DNA of 36,232 bases. Source: Bacillota bacterium (lineage in GTDB: Bacteria; Bacillota; Clostridia; Christensenellales; CAG-138). Every line of letters starts with the position of its first letter. The stretch's first letter is position 1. Position numbers and translations under genes: made by a program. The notes below the pieces were generated by a model that was given only the letters and a program-made list of their open reading frames with translations, made no database searches and was not told the origin of the DNA. Where the stretch lies: the NCBI GenBank assembly GCA_023435855.1, contig JAEZLG010000094.1:1-36232 (forward strand), given 5' to 3'. Shown here piece after piece: positions 15,447 to 24,773 of this stretch.

Positions 15447-16082
15447 TTAGTCTGAAAGCGCAGATAGTCGTAAATACCCTTCTTCTAAAAGTGTGATTGC
15501 GGCGCGGCCGTCGGTAAGCTCGGTAATGTCTTTTTGAAAAGCACTTAACCGCTCCGTAGAAACCATTGCGGAGATTGTCACATCTTCAGCAAATGAACAT
15601 TCAACTTTGCCCGCTTGTTGTCGTACATAGCTTTCCACGGTACCGTAACGCGCATAATCGATACGTATAAAAACGTGGCGTGCAGGGCGCATGTGTACGA
15701 TGCCTGCTGCTAAAACGGCCTCCGATGCCGTACGGGAATAGGCGCGGACAAGCCCGCCTGTACCCAACAGCACACCGCCGAAATAACGCGTCGCAATCAC
15801 AAGCGCATCCGTAACGCCTTTGTTTTTTAATACCTCCATCATCGGCAAGCCCGCAGTTCCGCCCGGCTCTCCGTCGTCGGAAAAACGCGCAGTCTCAAAC
15901 GACGGCCCGAGCGCATAGGCGTAGCAGTTGTGGGTGGCATCCCAATGTTCTTTTCTTATATCCGCAAGATAGCGAAGTGCCTCCTCCTCGTTTATAAGGG
16001 GGAAGCACCTGCCTATAAACCTAGACCGGTTGACACTAAACTCGATGCGCGAGGCGAGGTTTACGGTCGTATAGGGCCGCAT
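15447..16082 (-). CDS. yigZ: YigZ/IMPACT-family protein (UPF0029)
   Basis: 211 aa. Has SRFIG...ALRYLADIRKEHWDATHNCYAY...FSDDGEPGGTAGLPMMEVL. The start codon is 1 nt from the tyrS stop. Confidence 0.85.
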   Translation of the reverse strand: MRPYTTVNLASRIEFSVNRSRFIGRCFPLINEEEALRYLADIRKEHWDATHNCYAYALGPSFETARFSDDGEPGGTAGLPMMEVLKNKGVTDALVIATRYFGGVLLGTGGLVRAYSRTASEAVLAAGIVHMRPARHVFIRIDYARYGTVESYVRQQAGKVECSFAEDVTISAMVSTERLSAFQKDITELTDGRAAITLLEEGYLRLSALSD

Positions 16083-16083
16083 G

Positions 16084-17310
16084 TTACGCCCTCATAATGC
16101 GCACGAAGCCCTTTTTGCCTTTACGCAAGATAACGCCTTGCTCAAGCGAATTTTCGCTAAGAGTAAAATAAACGTCACTCACCTTTTCTTCATCCGCAAA
16201 CACCGCGCCGCTCTCAATCATGCGTCGGGCATCGGACTTGCTCATGCAAAGCTTGCCGAGAACGAGAAGGTCCGTTACGCGAAGTCCGGTCTCCTCGACT
16301 TGGCTTTGCGTGAGTGCCACGGTAGGCATATTTTCAAGGTTGCTGCCGCCGCCGAATAATGCCTCTGCGGCGGTTTTCGCTTTCGTTGCTTCCTCCGTGC
16401 CGTGCACCTGTTCTGTAAGCGTATAAGCAAGCACGCTCTTGGCGTTGTTGAGTTTAGATCCACCTTCCTTGCAGAGCGCTTCAATCTCTTCAAGCGGCAA
16501 GAATGTCAAAAGGCATAAGCAAGTTTTCACGTCGGCGTCGTCTACGTTGCGCCAGTACTGATAAAAATCGTATACGGGCGTTTTTTCTTTATCGAGCCAG
16601 AGGGCACCCTTCTCGGTCTTACCCATCTTCTTGCCCTCACTCGTTGTCAAAAGCGCTGTGGTGAGCGCGAAAGCGGGGCGCTGCTCCTTTCGGCGTATTA
16701 AATCAGCGCCGCCTAAGATATTGCTCCACTGGTCGTCGCCGCCCATTTGAAGCACACAGTTATACTCTTGGTTGAGCACTAAAAAGTCGTAACTTTGCAT
16801 GAGCATGTAGCTCATTTCAAAGAAGGTAAGCCCTTTTTCCATGCGCTGCTTATAACATTCGGCTGAGAGCATGCGATTTACGGAGAAGTGTACGCCTATA
16901 TCCCGCATGAAATCGAGGAAGTTAAGAGAGCGTAGCCAGCGTGCATTGTTCTCTAAAATCGCCTTCCCGTCAGAAAAGTCGATAAGCTGCGCCATCTGCT
17001 TTTGAAATTGCGCGGCGTTGTTGTCGAGCTCCTCTACGGTCATCATGCGACGCATGTCAGTCTTTCCGGAGGGATCGCCGATGGCGGCGGTGCCGCCGCC
17101 TAAAAGCACGATTGGCCTATGCCCCGCTCGCTGCATATGCGCCATCGTCATAAGCGCCACATAGTGGCCTATGTGGAGGCTGTCGGCAGTTGGGTCAAAG
17201 CCGATGTAGAATGTAACCTTCTCTGTTGCAAGGAGCGCTTTTAACTCTTCCGGGTGCGAGCATTGGCGCGTAAAGCCGCGCGCTTCCAGCACATCGTATA
17301 CGTTTTGCAT
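16084..17310 (-). CDS. tyrS: Tyrosine--tRNA ligase
   Basis: 408 aa. HIGH motif (DSLHIGHYV), KMSKS-type KMGKT, and a C-terminal S4-like domain. Confidence 0.95.
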   Translation of the reverse strand: MQNVYDVLEARGFTRQCSHPEELKALLATEKVTFYIGFDPTADSLHIGHYVALMTMAHMQRAGHRPIVLLGGGTAAIGDPSGKTDMRRMMTVEELDNNAAQFQKQMAQLIDFSDGKAILENNARWLRSLNFLDFMRDIGVHFSVNRMLSAECYKQRMEKGLTFFEMSYMLMQSYDFLVLNQEYNCVLQMGGDDQWSNILGGADLIRRKEQRPAFALTTALLTTSEGKKMGKTEKGALWLDKEKTPVYDFYQYWRNVDDADVKTCLCLLTFLPLEEIEALCKEGGSKLNNAKSVLAYTLTEQVHGTEEATKAKTAAEALFGGGSNLENMPTVALTQSQVEETGLRVTDLLVLGKLCMSKSDARRMIESGAVFADEEKVSDVYFTLSENSLEQGVILRKGKKGFVRIMRA

Positions 17311-17372
17311 GTTTGTTTCTCCAAGTTATTTAGTAAAGACAGCTTAACACAAGGAAATAGGTGTTTCAATCG

Positions 17373-19151
17373 TTAAGGCTGTTCAACGATTCGTTCGTAT
17401 TCATGAAGCCATGTTTGCCCTATCATGTCCGAGGGCATGGTGAACACACTGGGGCTAATGGAAAGCAAAATACAAGGAGCCTCAGGTGCACAGTTGCGCT
17501 TGAACTGCTGGGAGAAAAAGCGCTTCAAGAATATGCCGAGTGTCTTATATACGGTCTCAGGGTCAAAGGAAAACGCGTTGCACGCGAGTGTATAAAGCTC
17601 GTGCGGGCTTTTTTTGTTGACGAGCATGTGGAAGATAAAAAAGTCGTGCAGCTCATAGGGGCCTACGATTTTTTCCGTCTGCTGCTCCTGCTTACCCTCC
17701 ACGAGCGGCCAAAGTTCAGGGCTTACGGGGGTTAATAAAATGTCTTCGAGGAGGCTTTGCACCTCGGGGAAGCGCGTTTGCGCTCTTTTAATAACAAGGC
17801 GCAGAACCGTTTTGGGGATTGATGCATTCACGTCGTACTGTGCAAGATGGTCGCCGCCGAATGTCGTCCAACCGAGCGCCGATTCCGAAAGATCCCCTGT
17901 TCCTACATCTAAAAGACCATCCATATTGGAGATCGACAAGAGTATTTTTGTGCGCTCCCGCGCCTGCACATTTTCAAAAACTGTGTTGCGCCCCGAAGCG
18001 GCACTGTAACCGATGTCTTTGAAATGCTGTTCGCAAGCAGGGCGGATATCAATCTCACGGAAACTGCAGCCGAGGCCCTCTATGAGTGCACGGGCATTGT
18101 TTTTGGTGCGCTCGGAGCTGCCAAACCCCGGCATGGATACGCCGAGCACGCTGTCGCGCTTTAATCCCATTTGATCGGCTGCGGCGCAGGCAGCCAAAAG
18201 TGCAAGCGTGCTGTCCGCACCGCCCGAAACGCCGATTACAAAGCCTTTCCCGTTTATAAAAGAAAGCCGTCTTGAAAGCGCAGTCGCTTGCAAGGATAAA
18301 ATGCGATCGAGCTCTCCGTTCGCTTCGTCGGGGTCGTTTGATAGGTAAAGCTCGCTTTTGCTTCGCTGCTCTACATAGGGTTCAAACGGGAAAAGGGCAC
18401 CGCTGTCGACATCTGCATAAAGGAATGTCTCGTCGCCGAAAGCGGCTTTTGCTTCGAGTACCTCGCCGCCTGCTGCGATGGCGCAAAACCCGTCAAACAC
18501 GAACGAACTTGTGGATTCTCCCGCGTTAGGCGAGGCATAGGCGACCGCTGAACCCGTTCGCGCGGAGTAGGCGGCAAGCTTGCGTTTAATTTCGTTAAAA
18601 CTCCCGGCCGTAGCGTTGAGTGAGGATGGCATTAATATGGTATAACCCGCGTGCGGCTTTGCGCGCAAGAACAGCTCGTTTCCGAAGCATACGGCTACGC
18701 GCGGGAACGGTGCCAATGCGATTTCCGAGCCATCATCGTAATCCACATCCGGTAAAAAGCCAAACGGTGCTTTGGCGCAGGATGAAGGCAGAATGGCGTA
18801 AACACGCGGTCCGCGAATGAGTGCTACGCAGGAGCGAACACGGCCGTTTAAAAGATACGGAAGCCCTACCGCCGTGGTGACGCGCGTAAATTTAACCGCC
18901 TCAACGATATCGCGCAGCGCCTTTTGCGCGGCATTCAAAACGATAGGCTGTCGCGTAAGCGAACCGAGTGTTGCACCCGTCAGGCAAAGCTCCGGCAGCA
19001 CGAGATAGTCTGCTGATATCTCGTCTGCCTTCAGGATGCAATCAATTATCGCCTGCGCGTTTTTTGTTACATCACTCAAGGTGAGAACCGGGGAGGCCGC
19101 GGCCAAGCGCACATGGTTGGAGGCGGCGTAAGAATGGAGTGCCTGCTGCAT
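17373..19151 (-). CDS. nadE: Glutamine-dependent NAD+ synthetase (CN-hydrolase domain plus NAD synthetase domain)
   Basis: 592 aa. N-terminal nitrilase-like domain (LVLPELCLTG). C-terminal PP-loop GVSGGADS. Confidence 0.9.
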   Translation of the reverse strand: MQQALHSYAASNHVRLAAASPVLTLSDVTKNAQAIIDCILKADEISADYLVLPELCLTGATLGSLTRQPIVLNAAQKALRDIVEAVKFTRVTTAVGLPYLLNGRVRSCVALIRGPRVYAILPSSCAKAPFGFLPDVDYDDGSEIALAPFPRVAVCFGNELFLRAKPHAGYTILMPSSLNATAGSFNEIKRKLAAYSARTGSAVAYASPNAGESTSSFVFDGFCAIAAGGEVLEAKAAFGDETFLYADVDSGALFPFEPYVEQRSKSELYLSNDPDEANGELDRILSLQATALSRRLSFINGKGFVIGVSGGADSTLALLAACAAADQMGLKRDSVLGVSMPGFGSSERTKNNARALIEGLGCSFREIDIRPACEQHFKDIGYSAASGRNTVFENVQARERTKILLSISNMDGLLDVGTGDLSESALGWTTFGGDHLAQYDVNASIPKTVLRLVIKRAQTRFPEVQSLLEDILLTPVSPELWPLVEGKQEQQTEKIVGPYELHDFFIFHMLVNKKSPHELYTLACNAFSFDPETVYKTLGIFLKRFFSQQFKRNCAPEAPCILLSISPSVFTMPSDMIGQTWLHEYERIVEQP

Positions 19152-19189
19152 ACATTCACCCTCTTATCGAATTTTTACAACTTATATTT

Positions 19190-19219
19190 ATTATACCATT
19201 TGGTACATCGACGCGCAAA
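19190..19219 (-). promoter_or_regulatory. Extended -10 promoter for nadE
   Basis: Minus strand: TTTGCG, 18-nt spacer, TGgTATAAT. AAGAGGGTG SD precedes the ATG at 19151. Confidence 0.45.
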
Positions 19220-19261
19220 CACGCCGGTTCCCCCTATTTCGCAGAGTTTCACGCCGTTTGT

Positions 19262-19294
19262 TTGACAGTTTTTTCGTACGTGATTCCCTATGAT
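19262..19294 (+). promoter_or_regulatory. Putative spoIIE promoter with a 21-bp spacer
   Basis: TTGACA (19262-19267), 21-nt spacer, TATGAT (19289-19294), 48 nt upstream of the spoIIE ATG. Confidence 0.4.
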
Positions 19295-19341
19295 GGTAAT
19301 GGACGTGCTTTTATATCTATACATACGGCAGGTGACGGCGC

Positions 19342-21084
19342 ATGCACGAGGCTGTGCTTAGGCTCAAAAGCCAACTCATCCCCTATCTTAAACGCCGCGC
19401 GTTCTCCTTTGAGCTTGCAGAGCTTGTGCTGTCGGCACTTTTGGGTTCGTCGGCTTATGGCTTAAGCGGGCTTTCCCCGCTTAGCATAGCCTGTGTCGCC
19501 GCGGTATTTTTATGCGGTGTTAACCCGTATTACGCGCTCACGGGTGCAGTCGCGGGAGCGCTTATCGGAGGAAACTATGCCTCCGCAGCCGCATGCGCGC
19601 TTTTTGCTGCTGCAAGTATAGGTATTGGGGCGTGGCGCGGGAGTCTTAAAAACCGAGAAAAGCTGGCGCTTCTTCTCGCTGCGCAACTTGTTCTTATGCC
19701 CGTGTTTTATATGCGCTCGCTTGAAAGCGCCATGATTGGGCTTTCAAACGCCATTCTTGCAATACTCGCTGCCGCAGCGCTCAAACACGCGCGCGCGGCA
19801 TTTGAGGCGACAATTAAAAAGCGGATGCTGAGTAACGCCGAGCAGGCTTCGCTTGTAGCGCTCGGGGCATTTATCGTGTTTTCGTTGCGTGATTTTTCGC
19901 TGCTTCAAGTAGGCATCGGTGCGGTGTTTGCTACGCTTTTCTCTCTCGTTTCGGCGGGTATGAAAGGGCCTGTCGCAGTTGCCGCGTCGGTGGTGTTCGG
20001 CTTAAGCTGTATGCTTGCGGGCGGGGCAAGCATGTTGTTTATGGGAACGCTTGCGGCCTGTACGTTATGCGCTTCCTTTTTAATGCGATCCGGACGATGG
20101 GGGGTTGCGGCGGGCTTTTTCGTGCCTGCAGCGCTTTTTTCGTATTTTGTCGGCGGTATAAATTCCCTTTCCGTATGGGAGGCGGGGTTTGGCTGCGGCT
20201 TTTTTGCGTTGTTACCGCAAAAAGCGTTTCGTTCCATGGCCTCCGCTGCGCTGCCTGCTGAGGATGAACGCTTTAAACGGGCACTTATCACCACGCGTGC
20301 GCGGTTGGACGATCTTTCAAGCGTCGTCGCTCGTCTAAGTACGCTTTTTGACCCGGATGATGAGGCGCAAGGCTTTCTTTATAGGCAAATGAACGGTATA
20401 TGCGGTGCGCTCCGCTCGCTTGCGGAAAACTCCTATCCCGATAAGCGGCCATACAAGCGCTATGAGATACGCGTCGGTGCGGCAGCCTGCCCTAAGGCGG
20501 GCAATGTTGAAACCGGCGACAGCATGGGCATGCGCGAGGCGGGCGGGAGCCTTCTTATGATGCTAAGCGACGGCATGGGCACGGGTGAGGCAGCGCATAA
20601 GGAAAGTGCCGCGGCAGTGGCTCTTTTGGGGGATTTATTAAGCGTAGGCTATGAGCTTGAAAACGCGCTTGAATGCGTGAACATGCTTTTGCTGCTGCGC
20701 CAAAAAAACGATATGTATGCTACGCTCGACGCGGCATGCATCGACCTTAAAACAGGTTCTGCTCAATTTGTAAAATTCGGTGCGCCGCCAAGCTATATAT
20801 TGCGCGACGGGAAGGTAATCACCGTGTATGCCGAGGCAATACCCATGGGCGTTATGAAGGAGGCGCACGCAGCTATACAAAGTGCCGCGCTCAAACATGG
20901 CGATGCACTTGTTTTGATGACTGACGGAGCGTTTGATGCTCTCGGTACAGATCTTTTTGCGTCGCTTTTGGAGCACGTGTATGCGGCTAACACCGCAGAT
21001 GATGCTGCAAATGCACTGTTAAAATGCGCGCGAGAGAAAAGCGGTGCGGATGATATGACGATATTGGTTGCACGGATCGTGTAA
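19342..21084 (+). CDS. spoIIE: Stage II sporulation protein E-type PP2C phosphatase (multi-TM N-terminal domain)
   Basis: 580 aa. About 9-10 TM segments are followed by a PP2C-like domain (GDSMGM...LMMLSDGMGTGEAAHKES...LVLMTDG...DDMTILVARI). Confidence 0.85.
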   Translation: MHEAVLRLKSQLIPYLKRRAFSFELAELVLSALLGSSAYGLSGLSPLSIACVAAVFLCGVNPYYALTGAVAGALIGGNYASAAACALFAAASIGIGAWRGSLKNREKLALLLAAQLVLMPVFYMRSLESAMIGLSNAILAILAAAALKHARAAFEATIKKRMLSNAEQASLVALGAFIVFSLRDFSLLQVGIGAVFATLFSLVSAGMKGPVAVAASVVFGLSCMLAGGASMLFMGTLAACTLCASFLMRSGRWGVAAGFFVPAALFSYFVGGINSLSVWEAGFGCGFFALLPQKAFRSMASAALPAEDERFKRALITTRARLDDLSSVVARLSTLFDPDDEAQGFLYRQMNGICGALRSLAENSYPDKRPYKRYEIRVGAAACPKAGNVETGDSMGMREAGGSLLMMLSDGMGTGEAAHKESAAAVALLGDLLSVGYELENALECVNMLLLLRQKNDMYATLDAACIDLKTGSAQFVKFGAPPSYILRDGKVITVYAEAIPMGVMKEAHAAIQSAALKHGDALVLMTDGAFDALGTDLFASLLEHVYAANTADDAANALLKCAREKSGADDMTILVARIV

Positions 21085-21320
21085 GCGCTTTGCGCTTCGC
21101 TGGCATGGCTTGCGAGCCATGCCAGCGAGGCCCTTCGGGGGGTTGCACATCCGCCTGTCGCGCTTCAGCGCTCCCACCCTACGGGTACTACTGATGTCGC
21201 CTTCGGCGACAATTAAGGTTGCGGGCGGCGGATGTGATAGGTACGAAATCCTTCGGATTTCATCCGTTTTGACGCGCGTGTCGTCAAAGCCGGAAGGAAA
21301 TTAAGAGGGGCGCCTCTTAA
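21085..21320 (+). repeat. Structured intergenic repeat element, copy B (candidate ncRNA or REP/MITE-like element)
   Basis: Starts 1 nt after the spoIIE stop, in the same orientation and with the same architecture as 4786-5069. Core 21143-21237. Hairpins at 21095-21130, 21245-21261, 21271-21285 and 21301-21320. Invariant AAGCCGGAAGGAA at 21287-21299. Confidence 0.7.
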
Positions 21321-21451
21321 TGATCTCCCAAGAGTTTGTTGCCACAGTGGATGCCCCGCTTCGGTTGGTCGTACTGGCCGGAGGCTTACTTATGCATTCG
21401 TCAGCTAGAAATTGTTTATTGAAATTTGGTCACTTTGTCACAATTCAGTTC

Positions 21452-21480
21452 TTCAAAGCGTGCGAGCCTGATGATATAAT
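21452..21480 (+). promoter_or_regulatory. Extended -10 promoter for the LOG/USP operon
   Basis: TTCAAA, 17-nt spacer, TGaTATAAT (21472-21480). Confidence 0.5.
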
Positions 21481-21509
21481 ACTGGTATCAAGAGGAAGGG
21501 CTCTCGTAC

Positions 21510-22100
21510 ATGAAGAATATCTGCGTGTTTGGCGCGTCGAGCAGCCGTATCGACCAAAAGTATATCGACTGCGCTGCCGAGCTTGGTCGTCTCTTGGCCG
21601 AAAACGGTTTTGGTCTTGTGTTTGGCGGTGGGCGCGTAGGTCTGATGGGCGCGGTCGCACAAAGCGTACATATGAACGGTGGTCATATAACCGGTGTGAT
21701 CCCCGAAAAACTTAACCAACCCGGCATTGCCTACGAGAGCTGCGATGAGCTGATTGTCACCGCCACCATGCACGAGCGAAAGGCTGCTATGGAGCGCAGG
21801 AGCGATGGCTTTGTTGTGCTGCCCGGCGGTTACGGCACGCTCGAGGAGCTTCTGGAGGTGCTCACGCTCATACAGCTTGGGTATTTAAGTGCGCCGGTCG
21901 TGCTGTTAAACCTTGACGGCTATTATGATGCGTTGATGGAACAGCTTAAGGTCTGCGTGGACGCGCGCTTCACCCACCCCGCCTACCTCGGGGTATTTTG
22001 CAGCGCCGCAACTGCGAGTGAGGCGGTCAAAAAGCTCTTAAGCTATAAGCCCCCCGACCTTCCCGACAAAATGGAGGATGCATTAAAACGACATGAATGA
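21510..22100 (+). CDS. LOG-family (TIGR00730) nucleotide phosphoribohydrolase
   Basis: 196 aa. Has GGGRVGLMG and PGGYGTLEEL (PGGxGTxxE). Confidence 0.9.
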   Translation: MKNICVFGASSSRIDQKYIDCAAELGRLLAENGFGLVFGGGRVGLMGAVAQSVHMNGGHITGVIPEKLNQPGIAYESCDELIVTATMHERKAAMERRSDGFVVLPGGYGTLEELLEVLTLIQLGYLSAPVVLLNLDGYYDALMEQLKVCVDARFTHPAYLGVFCSAATASEAVKKLLSYKPPDLPDKMEDALKRHE

Positions 22101-22494
22101 AAAAATAAATAGTTGCATTATGGTTTGCGTTACGGGGCAAAAAAGTTGCGATAGGCTTATCAACCGAGGGATCGAGCGTAGCCTTAACACGATTCCTATA
22201 CACGTTGTGCATTGCGTCGAGACCGGGCGCAATTTTTTAGGCTCTCCCTATGAGGCGGACGCAATCGAGTACCTTTTCACCGCCGCGCAGGTAGCGGGTG
22301 CTGAGCTAAACCTCCTTCGCGCGGACGACGTGGACGATGCCCTCGTAGGTTACGCCAAGGATAACGGTGTGACACTTATCGTAATGGGTGCTGCTTCCGA
22401 GCGCAAACGCAATACAGGTGACGACATCACGATGCGATTGCAAAGAAGGCTCCCGGATGTAGAATTCGATATTGTGGATGGCCCGCAGGAGTAA
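22093..22494 (+). CDS. Universal-stress-protein-like (adenine nucleotide alpha-hydrolase fold) protein
   Basis: 133 aa. IMVCVTGQKSCDRLI...VTLIVMGAA resembles USP/KdpD-type domains. The start overlaps the LOG stop (ATGAATGA). Confidence 0.55.
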   Translation: MNEKINSCIMVCVTGQKSCDRLINRGIERSLNTIPIHVVHCVETGRNFLGSPYEADAIEYLFTAAQVAGAELNLLRADDVDDALVGYAKDNGVTLIVMGAASERKRNTGDDITMRLQRRLPDVEFDIVDGPQE

Positions 22495-22520
22495 CAAAGC
22501 AATTATAACGTTCAATAATT

Positions 22521-22557
22521 GAAACAACATCGCTCAGGCGGTGTTGTTTCGCTTTTT
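22521..22557 (+). terminator. Intrinsic terminator
   Basis: GAAACAACA/TGTTGTTTC stem, followed by GCTTTTT. Confidence 0.6.
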
Positions 22558-22655
22558 CGCTTCCACGAATGTTTTTTCTTTTTGCCGCAATATGATATAA
22601 TTTAAAAAAGGCAATACTTGAGGCAAAAGGAAAATATTCCAACGGAGGTAGCGCA

Positions 22656-24434
22656 ATGGAGCTTAAGGTACGCAAGGACATGAACCCTCAATACATGTGG
22701 GATTTCTCCCATATATTCCCGAATAAGCAGGCATGGGAGACCTCCTATCAGGCCGTTTGGGCGGATATTGACACGCTCACAGCGCTTGAAGGCACGCTCG
22801 GTGAGAGTGCGCAAAGCCTTAAAAATGCGCTTGATCAGGTTTTTGCCGTGTCGGAAAAGGCGGAGCTTACGTATCTTTATGCTTCGCTTCACAAAAGCGG
22901 CGACAACGGCGATGCGGAGTACCAGGCCATGGAAGATCGCTGCATACGCCTTGTGACCAAGCTTGAAACGGCACTTGCGTTTTTAACACCGGAGCTTCTC
23001 TCTATCCCCGAGGCGACGCTTCATGCATTTATGGCCGACGAGAGCCTTAAGACCTACCGCCATTATGTGGAAGATACCACCCGTGCCCGCGCACATACGC
23101 TCGATACCGGGCGCGAAAGGATGCTCGCCATGCTGGGTGAAGCCGCGCAGGCACCTTCTAATGCATTTTCCATGCTTGAAAGTGTAGATATGACTTTCCC
23201 CGCCATTACGGACGAAAAGGGGGAAAAAGTAACGCTTACACACGGCAATTTCAGCGTGTTCCGCGAAAGCTCGGACCGCCGCGTCCGCAAGGAGGCGTTT
23301 GAGACATACTTTAATGAGTTCCGCCGCTACCTCAATACATTTACCGCCACGTATGCGGGCAGCGTGAAGTTCGACCAGTATTTTGCCGATGTAAGAAATT
23401 ACCCGAGCGCCTGCGAGGCAGCACTCTTTAAGAGCAATGTGCCTATAAGCGTGTACGACAGCCTCGTTAAAGCGGTGCATGAGAGCCTACCCACCATGCG
23501 CTCCTATCTCGATCTTCGTAAGCGGGCCTTAAAGGTAGACGAGCTCCATCTTTACGATCTTTACTGCCCGATGGTGGACGACGTGGAGTTTAAAATCCCG
23601 TTTGCTCAGAGTAAGGCCATCATCCTTGAGGCATTGGCACCGCTAGGAGCCGATTACCGTAAGCTCTTAGAAAGAGCATACGACGAAAATTGGATGGACG
23701 TATACGAGAATAAGGGCAAGACCACCGGTGCGTTTTCCTGCGGCGTGTACGGCGTACATCCCTATGTGTTGTTAAACTACACCGATACGCTCGATGACGT
23801 ATTTACCGTAGCACATGAGCTCGGCCACGCCATGCACTCGTATTACTCAAGCGATGCGCAGGATTATGCAAACCACAACTATACAATACTCGTTGCGGAG
23901 GTCGCCTCCACCGTGAACGAGGTGCTTCTGCTTAAGCATCTTTTAAAGAAGGAAACGGACAAAAAGCGCAAAGCGTACATCTTAAACCATTTTCTTGAGG
24001 GCTTCCGCACCACGGTGTTCCGCCAGGTGTTGTTTGCGGAGTTTGAGCGCCGCGCGCACGATATGGCGCAAGCGGGCGAGCCGCTCACGGGCGAAGCGCT
24101 CAACAAGCTCTACCGCGATCTTAATGACCTTTACTACGAAGGTGCCGTAAACGACGAATACGCGGATGTCGAATGGGCGCGCATCCCGCATTTCTACAAC
24201 GCCTTCTATGTGTACCAGTACGCTACGGGATTTTCGAGCGCTGTGAATATCGCAAGCCGCATTCTTGAAACGGGGGACGCAAGCGACTACCTCAAGTTCC
24301 TAACTACAGGCGGAAGCGATTATCCGCTCGAGGAGCTCAAGATTGCGGGTGTAGATCTCACCAAGCCCGATGCCGTAAAAAAGGCGATGAGCGTATTTAA
24401 GGAAACCGTTGACGAGCTTTCTAAATTACTGTAA
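22656..24434 (+). CDS. pepF: Oligoendopeptidase F (M3B family)
   Basis: 592 aa. HELGHAMH zinc motif and typical PepF length. GGAGG SD. An extended -10 (TGaTATAAT) lies upstream. Confidence 0.9.
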   Translation: MELKVRKDMNPQYMWDFSHIFPNKQAWETSYQAVWADIDTLTALEGTLGESAQSLKNALDQVFAVSEKAELTYLYASLHKSGDNGDAEYQAMEDRCIRLVTKLETALAFLTPELLSIPEATLHAFMADESLKTYRHYVEDTTRARAHTLDTGRERMLAMLGEAAQAPSNAFSMLESVDMTFPAITDEKGEKVTLTHGNFSVFRESSDRRVRKEAFETYFNEFRRYLNTFTATYAGSVKFDQYFADVRNYPSACEAALFKSNVPISVYDSLVKAVHESLPTMRSYLDLRKRALKVDELHLYDLYCPMVDDVEFKIPFAQSKAIILEALAPLGADYRKLLERAYDENWMDVYENKGKTTGAFSCGVYGVHPYVLLNYTDTLDDVFTVAHELGHAMHSYYSSDAQDYANHNYTILVAEVASTVNEVLLLKHLLKKETDKKRKAYILNHFLEGFRTTVFRQVLFAEFERRAHDMAQAGEPLTGEALNKLYRDLNDLYYEGAVNDEYADVEWARIPHFYNAFYVYQYATGFSSAVNIASRILETGDASDYLKFLTTGGSDYPLEELKIAGVDLTKPDAVKKAMSVFKETVDELSKLL

Positions 24435-24444
24435 GGAGGCATTT

Positions 24445-24756
24445 ATGCCGGATATTGATAAAAGCGCCATGCGCGCATATGTGCTCGACAAATTCATAAA
24501 AGAAGGCGATTTTGATTTCTTGAAGGCCGGCGAGCTCAATGAAATGGTGGATGCCATGATCGAGCTCGACACAGCGTATATGGACTCTCTCACGGAGGAC
24601 GCCATGTACGAAGATGACGATGCTTATGAGAAGCTCTTTACAGCCATGCAGGCTCGCTACCCGCAGTACAAGATGTACTGCATGCGCCTTGCGGAGGACT
24701 ATCTCGATTTTGCCGAGGAGTATCTTGTGAGCGTTGGCGCAATCGAATGGGAATAG
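24445..24756 (+). CDS. Hypothetical small acidic protein (103 aa)
   Basis: ATG 24445 lies 6 nt after AAGGAGG and 10 nt after the pepF stop. Asp/Glu-rich. I recognise no family. Confidence 0.6.
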   Translation: MPDIDKSAMRAYVLDKFIKEGDFDFLKAGELNEMVDAMIELDTAYMDSLTEDAMYEDDDAYEKLFTAMQARYPQYKMYCMRLAEDYLDFAEEYLVSVGAIEWE

Positions 24757-24773
24757 ATAAGAGGTATAGAAGC

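Noticed and set aside
17311-17372. Looked for a T-box leader upstream of tyrS.
   Set aside because: Only 62 nt separate tyrS from the nadE stop. There is no specifier-loop/T-box (AAUUAGGGUGGUACCGCG-like) sequence and no terminator/antiterminator pair. tyrS is probably co-transcribed with nadE or uses a short promoter.
21068-21304. 78-aa ORF across repeat copy B.
   Set aside because: Same reasoning as for the copy-A ORF. Its start overlaps the spoIIE 3' end and no ribosome-binding site is present.
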